NCBI RefSeq assembly: GCF_006345805.1
Contig: NC_043006.1
Span: 43,524,001-43,588,000, forward strand
Origin: Octopus sinensis
Lineage: Eukaryota
DNA length: 64,000 nt
Direction of reading: 5' to 3'
Under the pieces are notes generated by a model that saw nothing but the letters and a program-made list of their open reading frames with translations, was not told the DNA's origin and did no database searches. The translations under genes and the position numbers were made by a program. Below, piece by piece: positions 1 through 13,287 of the stretch. Position 1 is the stretch's first letter. Each line of letters opens with the position of its first letter.

Positions 1-28
1 ATTTTTCAACCCAGATGGTTCTCTAAAC

Positions 29-274
29 CAGTGTTTTTCAACTGTTTTTCTGTCTATGGATCCCTTTGATTTCTGTTGTACTCGGTTGGACCCTCACAGT
101 CATTTAATGTTAAAAAACCCTATTATATTTTTAGAATCAAATATTATTAGAAATTGTATATATATATAAAACCCAGTTAAAATACTTCATGTACTGTAGA
201 AGTATGACCAGTTTATTGTACAGAAATTTTAACAACAAAATCCTACGTGAACCCCCAAGGTTTTAGAACCAATG
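29..274. mobile_element. Decayed hAT/Charlie-like MITE
   Basis: Ends CAGTGTTTTTCAAC ... GGTTTTAGAACCAATG resemble the CAGTGGTTCTCAAC/GTTGAGAACCACTG TIRs of Charlie-type MITEs. The 8-bp flanks match only 5/8, so no clean TSD. Confidence 0.5.
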
Positions 275-660
275 CTTGAAGCAGTATCCTTGAGTACATA
301 GTAATATTGAACACAAAACCACTACATTTAGAGCACCCTTTGCCCTTCACTCCTTTCTGTATGTATATACAGGCACACATAACAAATCCTTACTGGAATT
401 CTCTGTACCCCACTAGTACCATGAATTATGTGGTCAGTTGCCAAGTATAGCAAATTCTGTAGGCACTAGACATTATCAAGGCTACTGAATTAGGCACTGT
501 TTTAAGAATTAGCCTAAAGCACTGTTGTCTTAAGGCAGAGAATACAATAAAAAAATATACAGGTATGTCTTCTCTTCCTTAGACTAACAATCAAATAAAT
601 GTGTACAAAAAAAACAAACTCTTTATGTACCTTACAATTTTGAAGTAAACTGATATACTC

Positions 661-1005
661 TTACTTTTTACTTGTTTCAGTCATTGGACTGTGGCCATGT
701 TGGAGCACCGCCTTTAGTCAAGCAAATCGACCCCAGGACTTATTCTTTGTAAGCCTAGTACTTATTCTATCGGTCTCTTTTGCCAAACAGACACACAAAC
801 ATATACACACACACATACATAAATATATATATACATATATATCACGGGCTTCTATCAGTTTCCACCTACCAAATCCACTCACAAGGCTTTGGTCAACCTG
901 AGGCCAGAGTAGAAGACACTTGCCCAAGGTGCCACACAGTGGGACTGAACCTGGAACCATGTGGTTGGTAAGCAAGCTACTTATCACACATCTACTCCTG
1001 TGCCT
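661..1005 (-). mobile_element. SINE family A (tRNA-derived, CORE-like domain, internal CA/TA microsatellite)
   Basis: Minus strand has a tRNA-like head (GTGTGATAAGTAGCTTG...GGTTCAGTCCC), CORE-like GGCACCTTGGGCAAGTG, an internal microsatellite and the 3' tail TGACTGAAACAAGTAAAAAG. Many homologous copies in the window. Confidence 0.85.
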
Positions 1006-1053
1006 TAAATAAAGATATGGCTTAAATTTAGATAGACTTTGGTGAATGTTTAA

Positions 1054-1268
1054 CCTTTCAGCATTCAAACTGGCTATATCTGGCCAAATGTTCTCCCTAT
1101 CTTGTGCTCAAACCAGCCAGATTCAACCTGTCACACCTACCCTACAATGTCCTAAAAATAAGCAATCACATCGTGAAAATCTCAAAGTTGCAAGATAATG
1201 CATGATTAATTCAAAACAATGTGAATGATAAGCATTAAATTTGATAGAATAATTTGAATGCTAAAGGG
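1054..1268. mobile_element. piggyBac-like MITE with TTAA TSD
   Basis: TTAA at 1050-1053 and 1269-1272 flank TIRs CCTTTCAGCATTCAAA / TTTGAATGCTAAAGGG. Homologues at 31625 and 32032. Confidence 0.75.
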
Positions 1269-1425
1269 TTAACAGATCAAAATAGGGTCAATGATTCTGT
1301 ATATATTTATACTATATATAAATTAATGCATATATACACACAAAAGCTTTGTACAGCTTCTTAATTTCAAATATCATCCTATACATGCCAAATATTATCT
1401 GTGCAGATAACTTATAGCATAGTAC

Positions 1426-1497
1426 TATATTTTTAACTTATGGAACTTCTAAAACTACACACACACGGTTTTAGAAGTTCCATAAGTTTAAAATATA
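1426..1497. repeat. 30-bp inverted repeat (hairpin) with 12-nt CA loop
   Basis: TATATTTTTAACTTATGGAACTTCTAAAAC (1426-1455) pairs with GTTTTAGAAGTTCCATAAGTTTAAAATATA (1468-1497) with 1 mismatch. Confidence 0.9.
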
Positions 1498-2291
1498 CAC
1501 ACAAACACGTGTGTGTGTGGTAAATATAACATTGATTTCATGCTATTGTTCCACTCTGGTGTTTGTGTGGGTGTTGATGCAAGTAATTTTTGCCATCTTC
1601 AGTGGATGTAATGCTAAGAAGATGAAAGTTCACAGATACATACACTCACAGCACTTATCGTCAGGGATAGACTGGTGGAAAAAAAAATATATAGTACAGT
1701 CTAAAGACAGGATAAATTTAAAATAAGAAAAATAACAACTAAAACATACAATATTGTAACTATGGCAAATAACCATAACAACAACAACAATAATAATAAT
1801 AATAAAAAAAGGGGATATTGATCCTAGCTAGTTGTGTTTGATGCAATAAAATCAGTGAATCTAACTTTAGTATAGAAGTTCTGTGAATGTGTGTGTGTGT
1901 AGTCAGCTATGACATGTCTTAGCATATGCTCAGTGAAGCAACAGCAACTTTCTCCTGTCCACTTTATGAAATATATTGTCATTAAGTAGCAATGTTGAAA
2001 ATATTGTCATTCAGACACACACACTCCTACATCAAACTACATTCTCACAGTGACAGATCAGGAGTGGTGCAGCTCTCACAAGTTTATGCATAAGCAGCTA
2101 ATGTAAAAATGTACACAGCTATTTAGAGTAATTGGTAAGCTGCAAAATGTAGCTTTGTACAATAACGTCAGCAATTTGTATACATGATGTGATATTAAAA
2201 AGATACTTTCCTCTACTCCCAACCCTATACACATCTCTTACTTCTTTGGTCATAAACAAACGACACACACACACGTGTGTATGTATATAAC

Positions 2292-2339
<48 letters not shown>

Positions 2340-2524
2340 TTGAACAGAAATGTGAACAGTCTTTGGTCTGCCTATTTACCTTTGATCTTGTAATATAATA
2401 GCTAAAATCTAAACAGGTAAAGAGTAGTTTCTGCAGATGCCACATGGAAGGAACACCATGGGAGGTGAAGAGTAAAATCAGATAGTTTATATCAATTCTA
2501 ACTGTGCAAATCATTGAGATAAAT

Positions 2525-2871
2525 GATTAAAAAATATATACATATGCATATATATACACACACAACATATATATATACTTGTATATATATGTATATATAT
2601 ATATGTATGTATATATATATATATATGTTTATATATATATGTATATATATATATGTATATATATATATGTATATATATATATGTATATATCTATGTATAT
2701 ATATATATGTTTATATATATATGTATATATCTATGTATATATATATATGTATATATATATATGTATATATATATATATGTATATATAATATATATATGTA
2801 TATATATATATGTATGTATATATGTATATATATATTATATATATATATATGTATGTATATATATGTATATA

Positions 2872-2944
<73 letters not shown>

Positions 2945-3048
2945 TATGTATATATATATATATGTATGTATATATATATGTATGTATATATATAAGTATG
3001 TATATGTATATATGTACATGTATATATATATGTGTGTGTGTGTGTGTG
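2525..3048. repeat. Long degenerate (TA)n/(TATG)n microsatellite
   Basis: About 500 bp of TA repeats interrupted by G. A 40-bp higher-order unit repeats at 2681-2720 and 2721-2760. Confidence 0.95.
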
Positions 3049-3510
3049 AGTATGTAAAGAAGCTAACTAAGAAATAAGGTTTTATTAGTATTTGCTTATA
3101 AATAAAAATATTTTCATAATAAATACAAAAAAATAAGTAAACGAAAAGAATAAGAAAAAAAAAAGTTAATCAGTTGAAAAGTTACTTTGTATCAATTAGA
3201 GTTGCAGCAGAAGAAAAAAACCAAACACACACAAAAAAAAAACCCCAAGATATCTGCCTTTCTTCAAACTTCTTCAGCGTCAACGACATACTTCTATCAG
3301 ATATGGATTATAAAAGCTGTAGCAGGGAGTTCTGTTCATTAAAAAGAACGTCAAGGAGACACCTCGTAAGCTCTAATAGAAGCCTAATAATATAAGATTT
3401 AATGACACACGCAAACCTGCAGGATTTTCCTTTATTATTAATGCTATTATTGTTTTTTTATTCTTTTTTTTTCTTGTCATTCATTTTATTTTATTAATTT
3501 ATTTTTTACA

Positions 3511-3541
<31 letters not shown>

Positions 3542-5075
3542 ATTTACATTTCCCCAATACTGATAGCTAACAGGCATGATTAAAACTATTTCAAATACTT
3601 GCAGAATTCAATTTGACTATATCAAATAATTAAAAAAAAAATGTGAGCATGAGTGTACACACATACGTAAACACGCAGACACACATAGAAATATGCATAT
3701 ATATAAATATATACACACATATAAATATATATATATATATGCACACACATAAATATATATACATATATACACACACACCAATGAATATATATATATATAT
3801 TTGAATATATATATAAAAATAAATACATAAAACACACACACGTGCATGCGTATACACATGTAAACGCATGCACTTCCATAATTATACATTGATACATACA
3901 TATGTGTGTGGGTGTTCTACAATATACAAAATTGTACATCTTACATTTCACTATAGATACAAATTGGAAACAGAGCAACAAAATGGATATAATGGAGGTT
4001 TCATAAAATCTAAGGGTTTATCAAATTATTTTATTTTATTTTATTTATGCTATTTTCTTTTGCTTGAAAAAAAAATGTAAATGAAAGCTAAGACAAATTA
4101 AAAAAGCACTACCCCTACCTCTTTCATTTTTGCATCACACTAATGGGCTCGAAAGGTAATAAGACAGGTTGGAGTATGTTTTCTTATTAAAGTAGGGAAC
4201 ACAGCTTTTATTTTTCTTCATGTAACCTAGCAATAATGCACACACAGAGTATATTACATACCTGTGTATGCACATTACATGCGATATGTGCGTGCATATG
4301 TATACATGCAAAACATACATACATACAAGCATATATATGAATGTATGTATCTATATGTTGGTGTGTGTATATCTATCTGTTTGTGAATAAATGTATATCT
4401 ATATATATATACACACATATATGTATCTATTTATTTATATGTATGTTTGTGGGTTTGTCTGCTTGTGAATATATATATATATAGACACACACACACACAT
4501 TCATATATAGAGAGACTCACAGACACTAATACATAACTACAATACATATATTTGCATATATATATATAGATAGATAGATAGATATGGATATAGTACACAC
4601 ACATATAGATATACATATATGTGTATGTATATGCATATACTCATAAGTGCATGTGTCTACATACAAGCATGCATATATAGATACATACACACATTTGTGC
4701 GTGGAAAAAAAAAAAACTAGATTATACACATATGCATATATATGTGTGTGCATGTGCATGTTTGTATATGTGTGTATAAGCATGTGTTTTCTATAATTGA
4801 TAATACAAAAGAAGCATCTTCCAAGATGATATTTCCTACATTATTCTGTTTTCTCTTATCTATAGGCATAATATTTTTTTAAAATATGAAAATAATTAAA
4901 AATTAAAATAACAAAAAAATGTGAAAAATTTGTCAATAACGATGATGTTGATTATGCTACTGGTGATAGCTCTGTAGTTGACGATAATGATTCCAAGATT
5001 AAATATCATATGACTTGTTTCAAAGTTGAATATTCCAACATCATTTTTATTATTATTGTTATTATTATTATTAAA

Positions 5076-5106
<31 letters not shown>

Positions 5107-5596
5107 TAAATTTTCCTCAGTAGACTTCCGATGAAACTGAACAATTAGTCCATTACTTTATATAACGAATGGCTTCAGATAAAAATTAAAGCTATCAACC
5201 ATAAACACACACACACACACATAAACATATGCACACACACGTACACACTTTGATGTCAATTTCTAATTATTACTCTGTCCAGTAGTTTTATTACTTCAAA
5301 AGTTACCTTGTTCTTCAGTTTTGAAGGGTGATTTTTTATACAAGTATCATTATTATTATTTGTGACAGAAAGGTAATACGCCAGAATGAGTGTATTTTAG
5401 TAGTTTGTTATGCTTTTTCATGTCACAAATTCAAAACCTGTCAGCACCAATACTACTATTCTATCTCTTGGGTTTAAAAAAAACCCAGCTGTTTACTTTA
5501 TTCTTTTTTTTTTTAGGTCGAGTGCATCCATCTGCTCTCACTTACAAATCTATTATCTTGCACTAACATAAAAAAAATCTACCACTTTCACTTTCA

Positions 5597-5646
<50 letters not shown>

Positions 5647-5648
<2 letters not shown>

Positions 5649-6378
5649 GGTGGTAAGCTGGCAGAAGCGTTAGCATAGCAGGCTAAATGCATTAGCAGCA
5701 TTTAGTTTGTCTATACATTTTGAGTTCAAATTCTGCCAAGGTTGGCTTTGCTTTTCATCCTTTCAGGGGGGTCAATAAATTAAGTACCAGTTGTGTACTG
5801 GGGTTGATCTAATCGATTGGCCCCCTCCCCCAAAATTTCAGGCCTTGTGCCTATAATAGAAAGGATTGTTATTGTTATTATTATTATTACAGGTTGGTAG
5901 AGTGGTTACTGGACAGGACAAAATGCTTAGCAGCATTTCTTAAGCATGCATACGTGTGTGCGTACATGCGTGAAATTTTATGGTTGATTGCTTAAATTTC
6001 TGAGTTCAAATGCCACCAAGGTCGACTTTACCTTTCATCCTTCCAGGGTCGATAAAATAAGTACCAGTTGAGCACTGCGATCAGTTTTAACACCTTATTC
6101 CCTCTCCCAAACTTACTAGTGCTGTGTCAAAATTTGAAACTATTATTGTTATTATTATGGAAAAGGTGGTGAGCTGGCAGAACTGTTAGCAAGCTGGACA
6201 AAATGCTTAGCAACATTTCGTCTGTTGCTGCATTCTGAGTTCAAGTTCCACTGCGGTCAACTTTGCCTTTCATCCTTTCAGGCTCGATAAATTAAGTACC
6301 AGTGGAATACTGGGGCTGATGTAATCGACTAGTCCCCATCCCATAAATCTGAGGCCTTGTACCTCCAGTAGAAAGGAT
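5647..6378 (+). mobile_element. Three tandem SINE family B copies (Meta-domain-like) separated by (ATT)n
   Basis: Copies at about 5647-5867, 5890-6140 and 6163-6378. Each has a GGTGGTGAGCTGGCAGAA-like head, a GAGTTCAAAT B-box and central CCTTTCATCCTT...GTCGATAAATTAAGTACCAG. Tails are AAAGGATT or AATTTGAAAC. Confidence 0.85.
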
Positions 6379-6387
6379 TATTATTAT

Positions 6388-6522
6388 CACGGGCTTTGTT
6401 GGAACTCCCGGAGTCTTGCATGTGTAGTGGGCTTACTACCTGCAGCCTACGGTACCATGCTATTCGTTCTTTTCAGCTATCTAATACTTTCCTGATTATT
6501 CTGGCCATGCCAAGGAGGTATC
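6388..6522 (-). mobile_element. 3' end fragment of an R4/Dong-like non-LTR retrotransposon
   Basis: Minus strand encodes LLGMARIIRKVLDS*, like the C-terminal LLGTARILRKVL motif of RLE-type elements. A ~95-nt 3' UTR follows and ends in (TAA)n. Confidence 0.65.
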
Positions 6523-7125
6523 ATTATTATTATCATTATTATTATTATTATTATTGCTAAGTTATGATACAATTCTGCAGTAAGAGTACATGAAAGTATT
6601 GAAACTTATTGGAAGTAACCAAAGTGGACACAATGATTGATACAGAAAACAGTTCAATTAAACACATTGATGGCAGTGGGGCTGTATGTGTTAGTAGTAC
6701 TGTTAAGAAGGAAGCGGTGGTGGTGGTGGTGGTGGAATATAGCTGAGTGATATGATGTTTCTGTAAGATCTGTTACAAGTTGTACAGGCAAGTTCGAGAG
6801 TAGAGTTTATGGAAGCTTATATTTCTCTCCCTGACACATTGCAATGAGAACCTGTGACACTAGCTACACTTAAGCCAGTCGATCAAGCAGGCAAAAGAAG
6901 CATCACAAAGTCAGCCTATGCAAGAAAAATCTAATAAATATGTGTGAAGACATAGTTTAATATCCATTCTTTGGCACCTTCTGTGATTAAAATGTAGTCA
7001 TTTTTTTCCTAATGTTAACTGACTTCAAAGAAAAATGGCAAAGTTTGGCATCGTAAGTTCAGAAGAACCTAAAGCTATACGGATATAAATATTCAAGTGT
7101 GTGTGCGTGTATATATGTGTGTGGC

Positions 7126-7169
<44 letters not shown>

Positions 7170-7377
7170 AGAGAACAGAAAGACATAAAGTATACACAAG
7201 AATCTGTATATGTTATATATAAATATATATGCATATACATATGTGTGCATATGTATATATGCATATATACACACACAATTTACATATATATATACACATA
7301 TTCAAAATGCATACATATACATACACAACATACATATGCATGCTTATACATATGCAAAATACATACATATACATATG

Positions 7378-7434
<57 letters not shown>

Positions 7435-7890
7435 TATATATATTAGTATATAAAATTATCCATACATATTAAAAATCCTTTGAACTTTATCCATACATAC
7501 ACTAGAAAGTTCATAGTATTCTCAAGATTTATGTATTAGTGAAGAGAGATGTGTTTGCATATTCAATCATGTCTATTTTTATGTGCAGCCCAGAGAAATC
7601 AAATCAAGAAGATTTGATTTTGGATCTATTGAGTGGTTGCTACATGTGTCAAACTTTTTTTTTTTGCTGTCTTTTGGTTTTATTTTTATTACTTTTTTAT
7701 GTGTATTTTATTCGGCGTAGTAGTAGCAGCAGAGGCGAGTTTCTTATTACGGAGTAAAGATTTTAGAAAATATAGTCTCCTCAAATTTAAGAGATTCTTC
7801 TTCATTATATCACAATTGATATTAGTCGAATTTGCATTTTCATTGGAACTGGCATTACAAAATCTGGTATAATTCTGTTGTTGCAATAAG

Positions 7891-8057
7891 CATAGGCATG
7901 GCTGTGAGGTAAGGAGTTTGCTTCCTAGCTGTTTGGTTCTGGGTTCAGTCGCACTTCATGGCACCTTGAGCAAGTGTCTTCTACTATAGCCTCAGGCCAA
8001 CCAAAGCTTTGAGAGTAGGTTTAGCAGATGGAAACTGAAAGAAGCCCATTATGTGTG

Positions 8058-8131
<74 letters not shown>

Positions 8132-8411
8132 TATATATATATAATGCCCCCCCCAAAAAACACCACCATGTGGACTCTGTTGAGACTAGTAAGAAACAAT
8201 ATGAACTTTATTTTTTATTACACTTAACTTTTTAAAATATTTTTGATAAGGTTGGTTTTTCAAGAAAAACCGAAACGTAAAATCTCTAAGAAAATTAAAA
8301 TTTATCTTATATAGTGGTGTTTTCAAACTTCTTTTTTATAAATATTATATATATATATGTGTGTGTGTGTGTTTATATGTAAGTATATATATGTACATAT
8401 ATGTGTGTATG

Positions 8412-8443
<32 letters not shown>

Positions 8444-8800
8444 TACACATATATATACACACATATATATACGTACATATATATATATATACACGCATAC
8501 ATACATATACATACATATGTATGTATATATATATATATATATACGTGTATATATATATGCATACATACACACACACGTGTTTGTGTCTGTTCCGTACCAC
8601 CACCACTTCACAAGCAGTGTCGGTGTGTTTATGTCTGTATAACTTAGCAGTTCAGCAAAAGAGACTGATAGAGTAAGTACCAAGCTTTAAAAAAAAGTAA
8701 GTACTGGGGTGGGGGGTGGGGGTCGATTCATTCGACTAAAAATTCTTCAAAGCGCTGCCCCAACATGGCTGCAATCTAATGCTTGAAACAATTAAAAGAT
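7891..8800 (+). mobile_element. SINE family A split by an expanded microsatellite and a ~200-bp insert
   Basis: 5' half 7891-8050 (head plus CORE-like), 3' half 8577-8800 (tail ...GAAACAATTAAAAGAT). Between them lie TA/CA repeats and unique sequence at 8150-8340. Confidence 0.75.
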
Positions 8801-9083
8801 AATAAGGAAATTTAGACCCACATATACACAATACCTGTGCGTACATGTGTGTGTGTGTTGCAGTGTTTACAGTGAACCTGGTTCAATCTAAGTGGACTAC
8901 TATCAAAAATAGTGTGTCATACATAATACATATTTTCTGTTGTTTTAGTCAAAAAATGGCACAATGAATGCTTTGATCTGTAAGCCATTATCAAGTGCCA
9001 TTTCCACTTGATATATAGACCTATTGGGTCTATATATCAACTATTGTACCAAGTTTTAAATAATACACACACATTTTGCACAA

Positions 9084-9130
<47 letters not shown>

Positions 9131-10513
9131 TAAATATATATATATATATGCACACAATGCAAATATATACATACACAATGCATATATGTACACACATATA
9201 CAAACACATTATACATGTACATAAATGTGGATATTTATATGCATACACACACTGAGAGACAGAGAGAGAAGAAACATCAAGAGAGAGGAAAAAAGACACT
9301 TGACACATGTAGTAAGCACTCTATAGATCCGAAATCAAATCCTCTTGATTTAGTCCTGTGGGCTATACAAAAAAATAGATACACAAAAGATATAGTAACA
9401 CATGCACACACACACACACACAAATATAAGTACAAGTGGTTCGACAAAATGGAGGAAGAGAACTCAGTACATGATGTTGAGTATGCATTTTGTTTTTTTT
9501 TTATTAGTTGCAGCTACTACAGGACATAGATTTTCATACCAAAGCACTTTTCAAACAGATGAAAAAAGAAAACAGAAATGTATTTATAGAATTTTTGAAA
9601 ATCAATAGAATGTTCTAAAGAATATCATTAATGCCAAATTATTACAATACATAAACTTGAAAGGTCATTGGTATTGCATGTTGAGAAGAAGAAATGAAAA
9701 TATGCCTACATGTATGCATAAAGAAAATTTATTTACACACTCACACATACACAAATATACATACTCACACACATGTACAAATGTAACCACCACAACTATT
9801 CATTGTACTTGTGTACACATGTATATGTTTGAATGAATAATAATCATAGAATATAAGTGCACACATATCTACCTATGTGTATATGTATCCACACACAACC
9901 ATCTCCATTATAAGTATAGACAAATACATACATTCAAATAAACATTCATACATGCTTCAGTGTACAGACATGAAAAAAGTTTAAAATGTTTAAGACAAGA
10001 TTTAACCAACACCTGTATTCATTCAAGTACACAGATGAAATAGCACCACTCTCTCCCGGTATATTTGGGACCTGAAGGATACAACAATCCAAAATTTCAA
10101 TTGAGAGAGCACACTTATGCATCAGTGAATTTAAATGCCTTCTCTGTTGATCTGTTTAAAATGCCATGTACTGATATAATTAATGTGCATATGTATATGG
10201 TTACAACACCCACCTCCAGGCATTTTTGAAAAAAATATGAACACAGATGGGTACATATTTATGTGTGCATGTGTATATATGTATATGCATGAGTGTGTGT
10301 GTATAACATGCATAGAAATATTTATGTGTGGTGTGTGCATGTGCACATCAATCACTACATTAAACAAGATAGATAGACAGACAGATGCATACATATATAC
10401 ACATACATATACTTTCTACTTCTAATGCTCATACAATAATGAATGAACAATATAAGAAAATAAAATGATATATAATGATGCATGCCTAATCTATATGGAA
10501 GAATTATACTTGA

Positions 10514-10572
<59 letters not shown>

Positions 10573-10592
10573 TGTATTTAAAAGCAGCAGAA

Positions 10593-10653
10593 ATATAACA
10601 AAAGCTGTTACTCAGAGTTTCACGTTCCCGTCCACCGGACAGTTTTGTTATAT
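10593..10653 (-). ncRNA. Hammerhead-ribozyme-like fold with variant core (CCGGUGG)
   Basis: Minus strand: CUGU-CCGGUGG-ACG(GGAA)CGU-GAAA-CU(CUG)AG-UA-ACAG. All three helices form, and stem I extends into 11-bp arms next to (TA)n. Confidence 0.55.
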
Positions 10654-10662
10654 ATATATATC

Positions 10663-10695
<33 letters not shown>

Positions 10696-11764
10696 GTGTA
10701 TGTACATATATGTAAGTGTGTATGTATATATATATATATCGTACACAACATATATCCACTCAAAACACACACACACACACATCTATCTGCAAGTAGCATA
10801 TTCTAAACACTGTGTATACATCTATGAAGAAGGTTTATATGTGTTTGGATATGCACATGTTCACACATTACATAAAGATACAGAGGCATCTATGCACATG
10901 CATGAGTATGCATGTATGTATACATGTGCCTATGGTGTGTCTTCATCTGCTTGAATACATCGCCATTAGAGGCACTCATGTGTATACACATATGCGAGCA
11001 TGCATTTTCATGCGTAAAAACACACACACACACACAATTTCTATAACCTGACCTGTGTGGGAGGATAAGTATAAATATACTTATGCAGGCATGTAGCTTA
11101 TTGTATATTAACACAAGTTTTTCCACTGCTATTTTGTCACAAATTTCTTTCATTTCCCTTCCTTCTACTCTTAATTTTCTTAGCATTTCATCATATTGTG
11201 TTGATGTCAGAATTTCCTCAGCTTCTTCCTCTCATTTACGTCCCACTTTCCACACATATCTGTATATGCTCAGCCTTCCTATATAAAGTACATTGTAGGC
11301 AAGTACACATATTCATACATATGACATTGTATATTTGTAGTGCATGTGCGTATGAGTATTGTGTATATGTGTATATTTAGCTGTAGGCACATGCATGTAT
11401 ATGCAAACTTAAATACATGTGTATGTAAGCTCATGCACATTTGTTCATTTATAAATATGTGAATATGCATAATGTATATCTGCATGCATACATACACATG
11501 CATGCATGCATGATGGCTGCAACCCAATAATTCAATTTCAAGCATTGCCATCACTCGACTGTTCTCTTAAAGCAGCATGGTTGTCATTTTTCACTCTTTA
11601 ACACAAATGTGGTAAACGATGGGCACCTACTACAGCAGGTGTTTAGAGAATGCGACACACATACTGACACATGCCTTCATTTCATCATTGAAACTCTCAA
11701 TGAGTACTTTTTGCCTTGTTTGGCTAAGGCCAACCATAATGTGCAGCACATAATAAAGCATAAT

Positions 11765-11900
11765 ACAGTTTTCTATTTAAGAGATGAGGAATTATGTACA
11801 TTATTTACATTCGACGGATGTTTGTCCCCGTCTTTGTTGTTAGCCTTCTTCAGGTGTCTTGGGGAATTTTCGAACCTGGGTTCTCATTCCTAAGGTATTT

Positions 11901-11936
<36 letters not shown>

Positions 11937-12043
11937 GCTATTGTTCAGGTCACTGCTTGGAATCGAACTCGGAATCTTGGGGTTAGTAGCCCGTGCTCTT
12001 AACCACTATACCACATGCCTGTGGGCTTATGGCGTAGTGGTTA
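11765..12043 (-). mobile_element. Composite element: tRNA-like head, (AAT)n, then tail with a truncated HHR core
   Basis: Minus strand has A-box TGGTATAGTGG and B-box GTTCGATTC (about 11945-12020), (AAT)n, then a tail containing CTGAAGA-AGGCT (11842-11853). An inverted A-box TGGCGTAGTGGTT lies on plus at 12030-12042. Confidence 0.55.
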
Positions 12044-12405
12044 GAAATCAAATGGCAGGCTTACATACGAGTGTGTATGTTGAGCTTCAGTATACAAAGC
12101 AGAGTGTAGCAAATGCTTATGATATAATAGTTTCCTGTTTAGACACAATACCAGGAATCTTGAGGGGAAGGGATTAGCTGCTACCACTAACACCAGTAAA
12201 TAACTGGTACTTCATTTTATTGAGCCTGAGTTGACCACAGTGATATTGCTGGAGGAAATGCTACTAAACAATTTGTCTGACATTCTCACTATTCTGCCAG
12301 CTCACTACCTTATGTTTATAAAAAAAATATCTATACAAGTATGCATATAGACACAAGTCTAGCTGTACGTACGTGGAATATGTATGTGTGCATATATATA
12401 TATAT

Positions 12406-12819
12406 CTTTTATTCTTTTACTTGTTTCAGTCATTTCACTGCAGCTATACGGGAGCATCGCCTCCAGTCGAGCAAATCGACCCCGGGACTTATTCTTTGTA
12501 AGTCAAGTACTTATTCTATTGGTCTCTTTTGCCGAACTGCTAAGTTAAAGGAGCATAAACACACCAGCATCAGTTGTCAAGCAATGTTGGGGGAGACAAA
12601 CACAGACACGCAAACACATACACACACATACATATATATATATATATACATATATATGACAGGCTTCTTTCAGTTTCCGTCTACCAAATCCACTCACAAG
12701 GCTTTGGTCAGCCCGAGGCTATAGTAGAAGACACTCGCCCAAGTGCCATGCAGTGGGAATGAACCCAGAACCACATGGTTGGTAAGCAAGCTACTTACCA
12801 CACAGCCACTCCTGCGCCT
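12406..12819 (-). mobile_element. SINE family A, full length
   Basis: Head, CORE-like domain, internal (CA)/(TA) repeat and 3' tail are all present and homologous to 661-1005. Confidence 0.9.
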
Positions 12820-13255
12820 ATATATATATGTATATACATAAATGTGAGCATATATATATATGTGCTGATTATTAACTTTTTTTTACTGAAATACCTATGA
12901 ATGTGCACTTGCATATAAAGAAGTTGAGATTTTGGTATGTATGCACATGTGTGAGCACGCACTTGTGAATGTGCATGTACGCACATGTAAATAAACTTTT
13001 ACATGTATACACATACATATATTTGTTTACAACTTAATAAACCAATGAATTTTCAAATTTATGGACCGTGATCATGTGATGTTAATGGCATTTTTCTTTT
13101 TCTTTTCTTTTTTTAGAACGTTTTATTGATTTCCATGACAATTCTATGAATACAATTACAAGTTTTTAATTTTTCTTTTTGTTTTTTTAAATCTCAGTTT
13201 GAAAAGTGCTTCGGCATGGAACCCTAGGTTCCCAAATAATTCCTTTAGTATTTTC

Positions 13256-13287
<32 letters not shown>

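Noticed and set aside
392-454. 63-nt minus-strand open exon candidate (NLLYLATDHIIHGTSGVQRIP)
   Set aside because: Good donor but poor pyrimidine tract, and not distinguishable from background.
2523-3077. Long Y/I/M/C/V/H/T-rich ORFs here and at 7.1-7.5, 8.3-8.7, 14.7-15.2, 28.6-29.1, 39.4-40.2 and 47.2-47.9 kb
   Set aside because: They are translations of TA/CA/TG dinucleotide repeats, which lack stop codons in these frames.
3245-3290. HHR candidate CTGAAGA...GAAA on minus (similar weak hits at 15104 and 53357)
   Set aside because: No stem II in register, or no GAAA/NUH, and no stem I.
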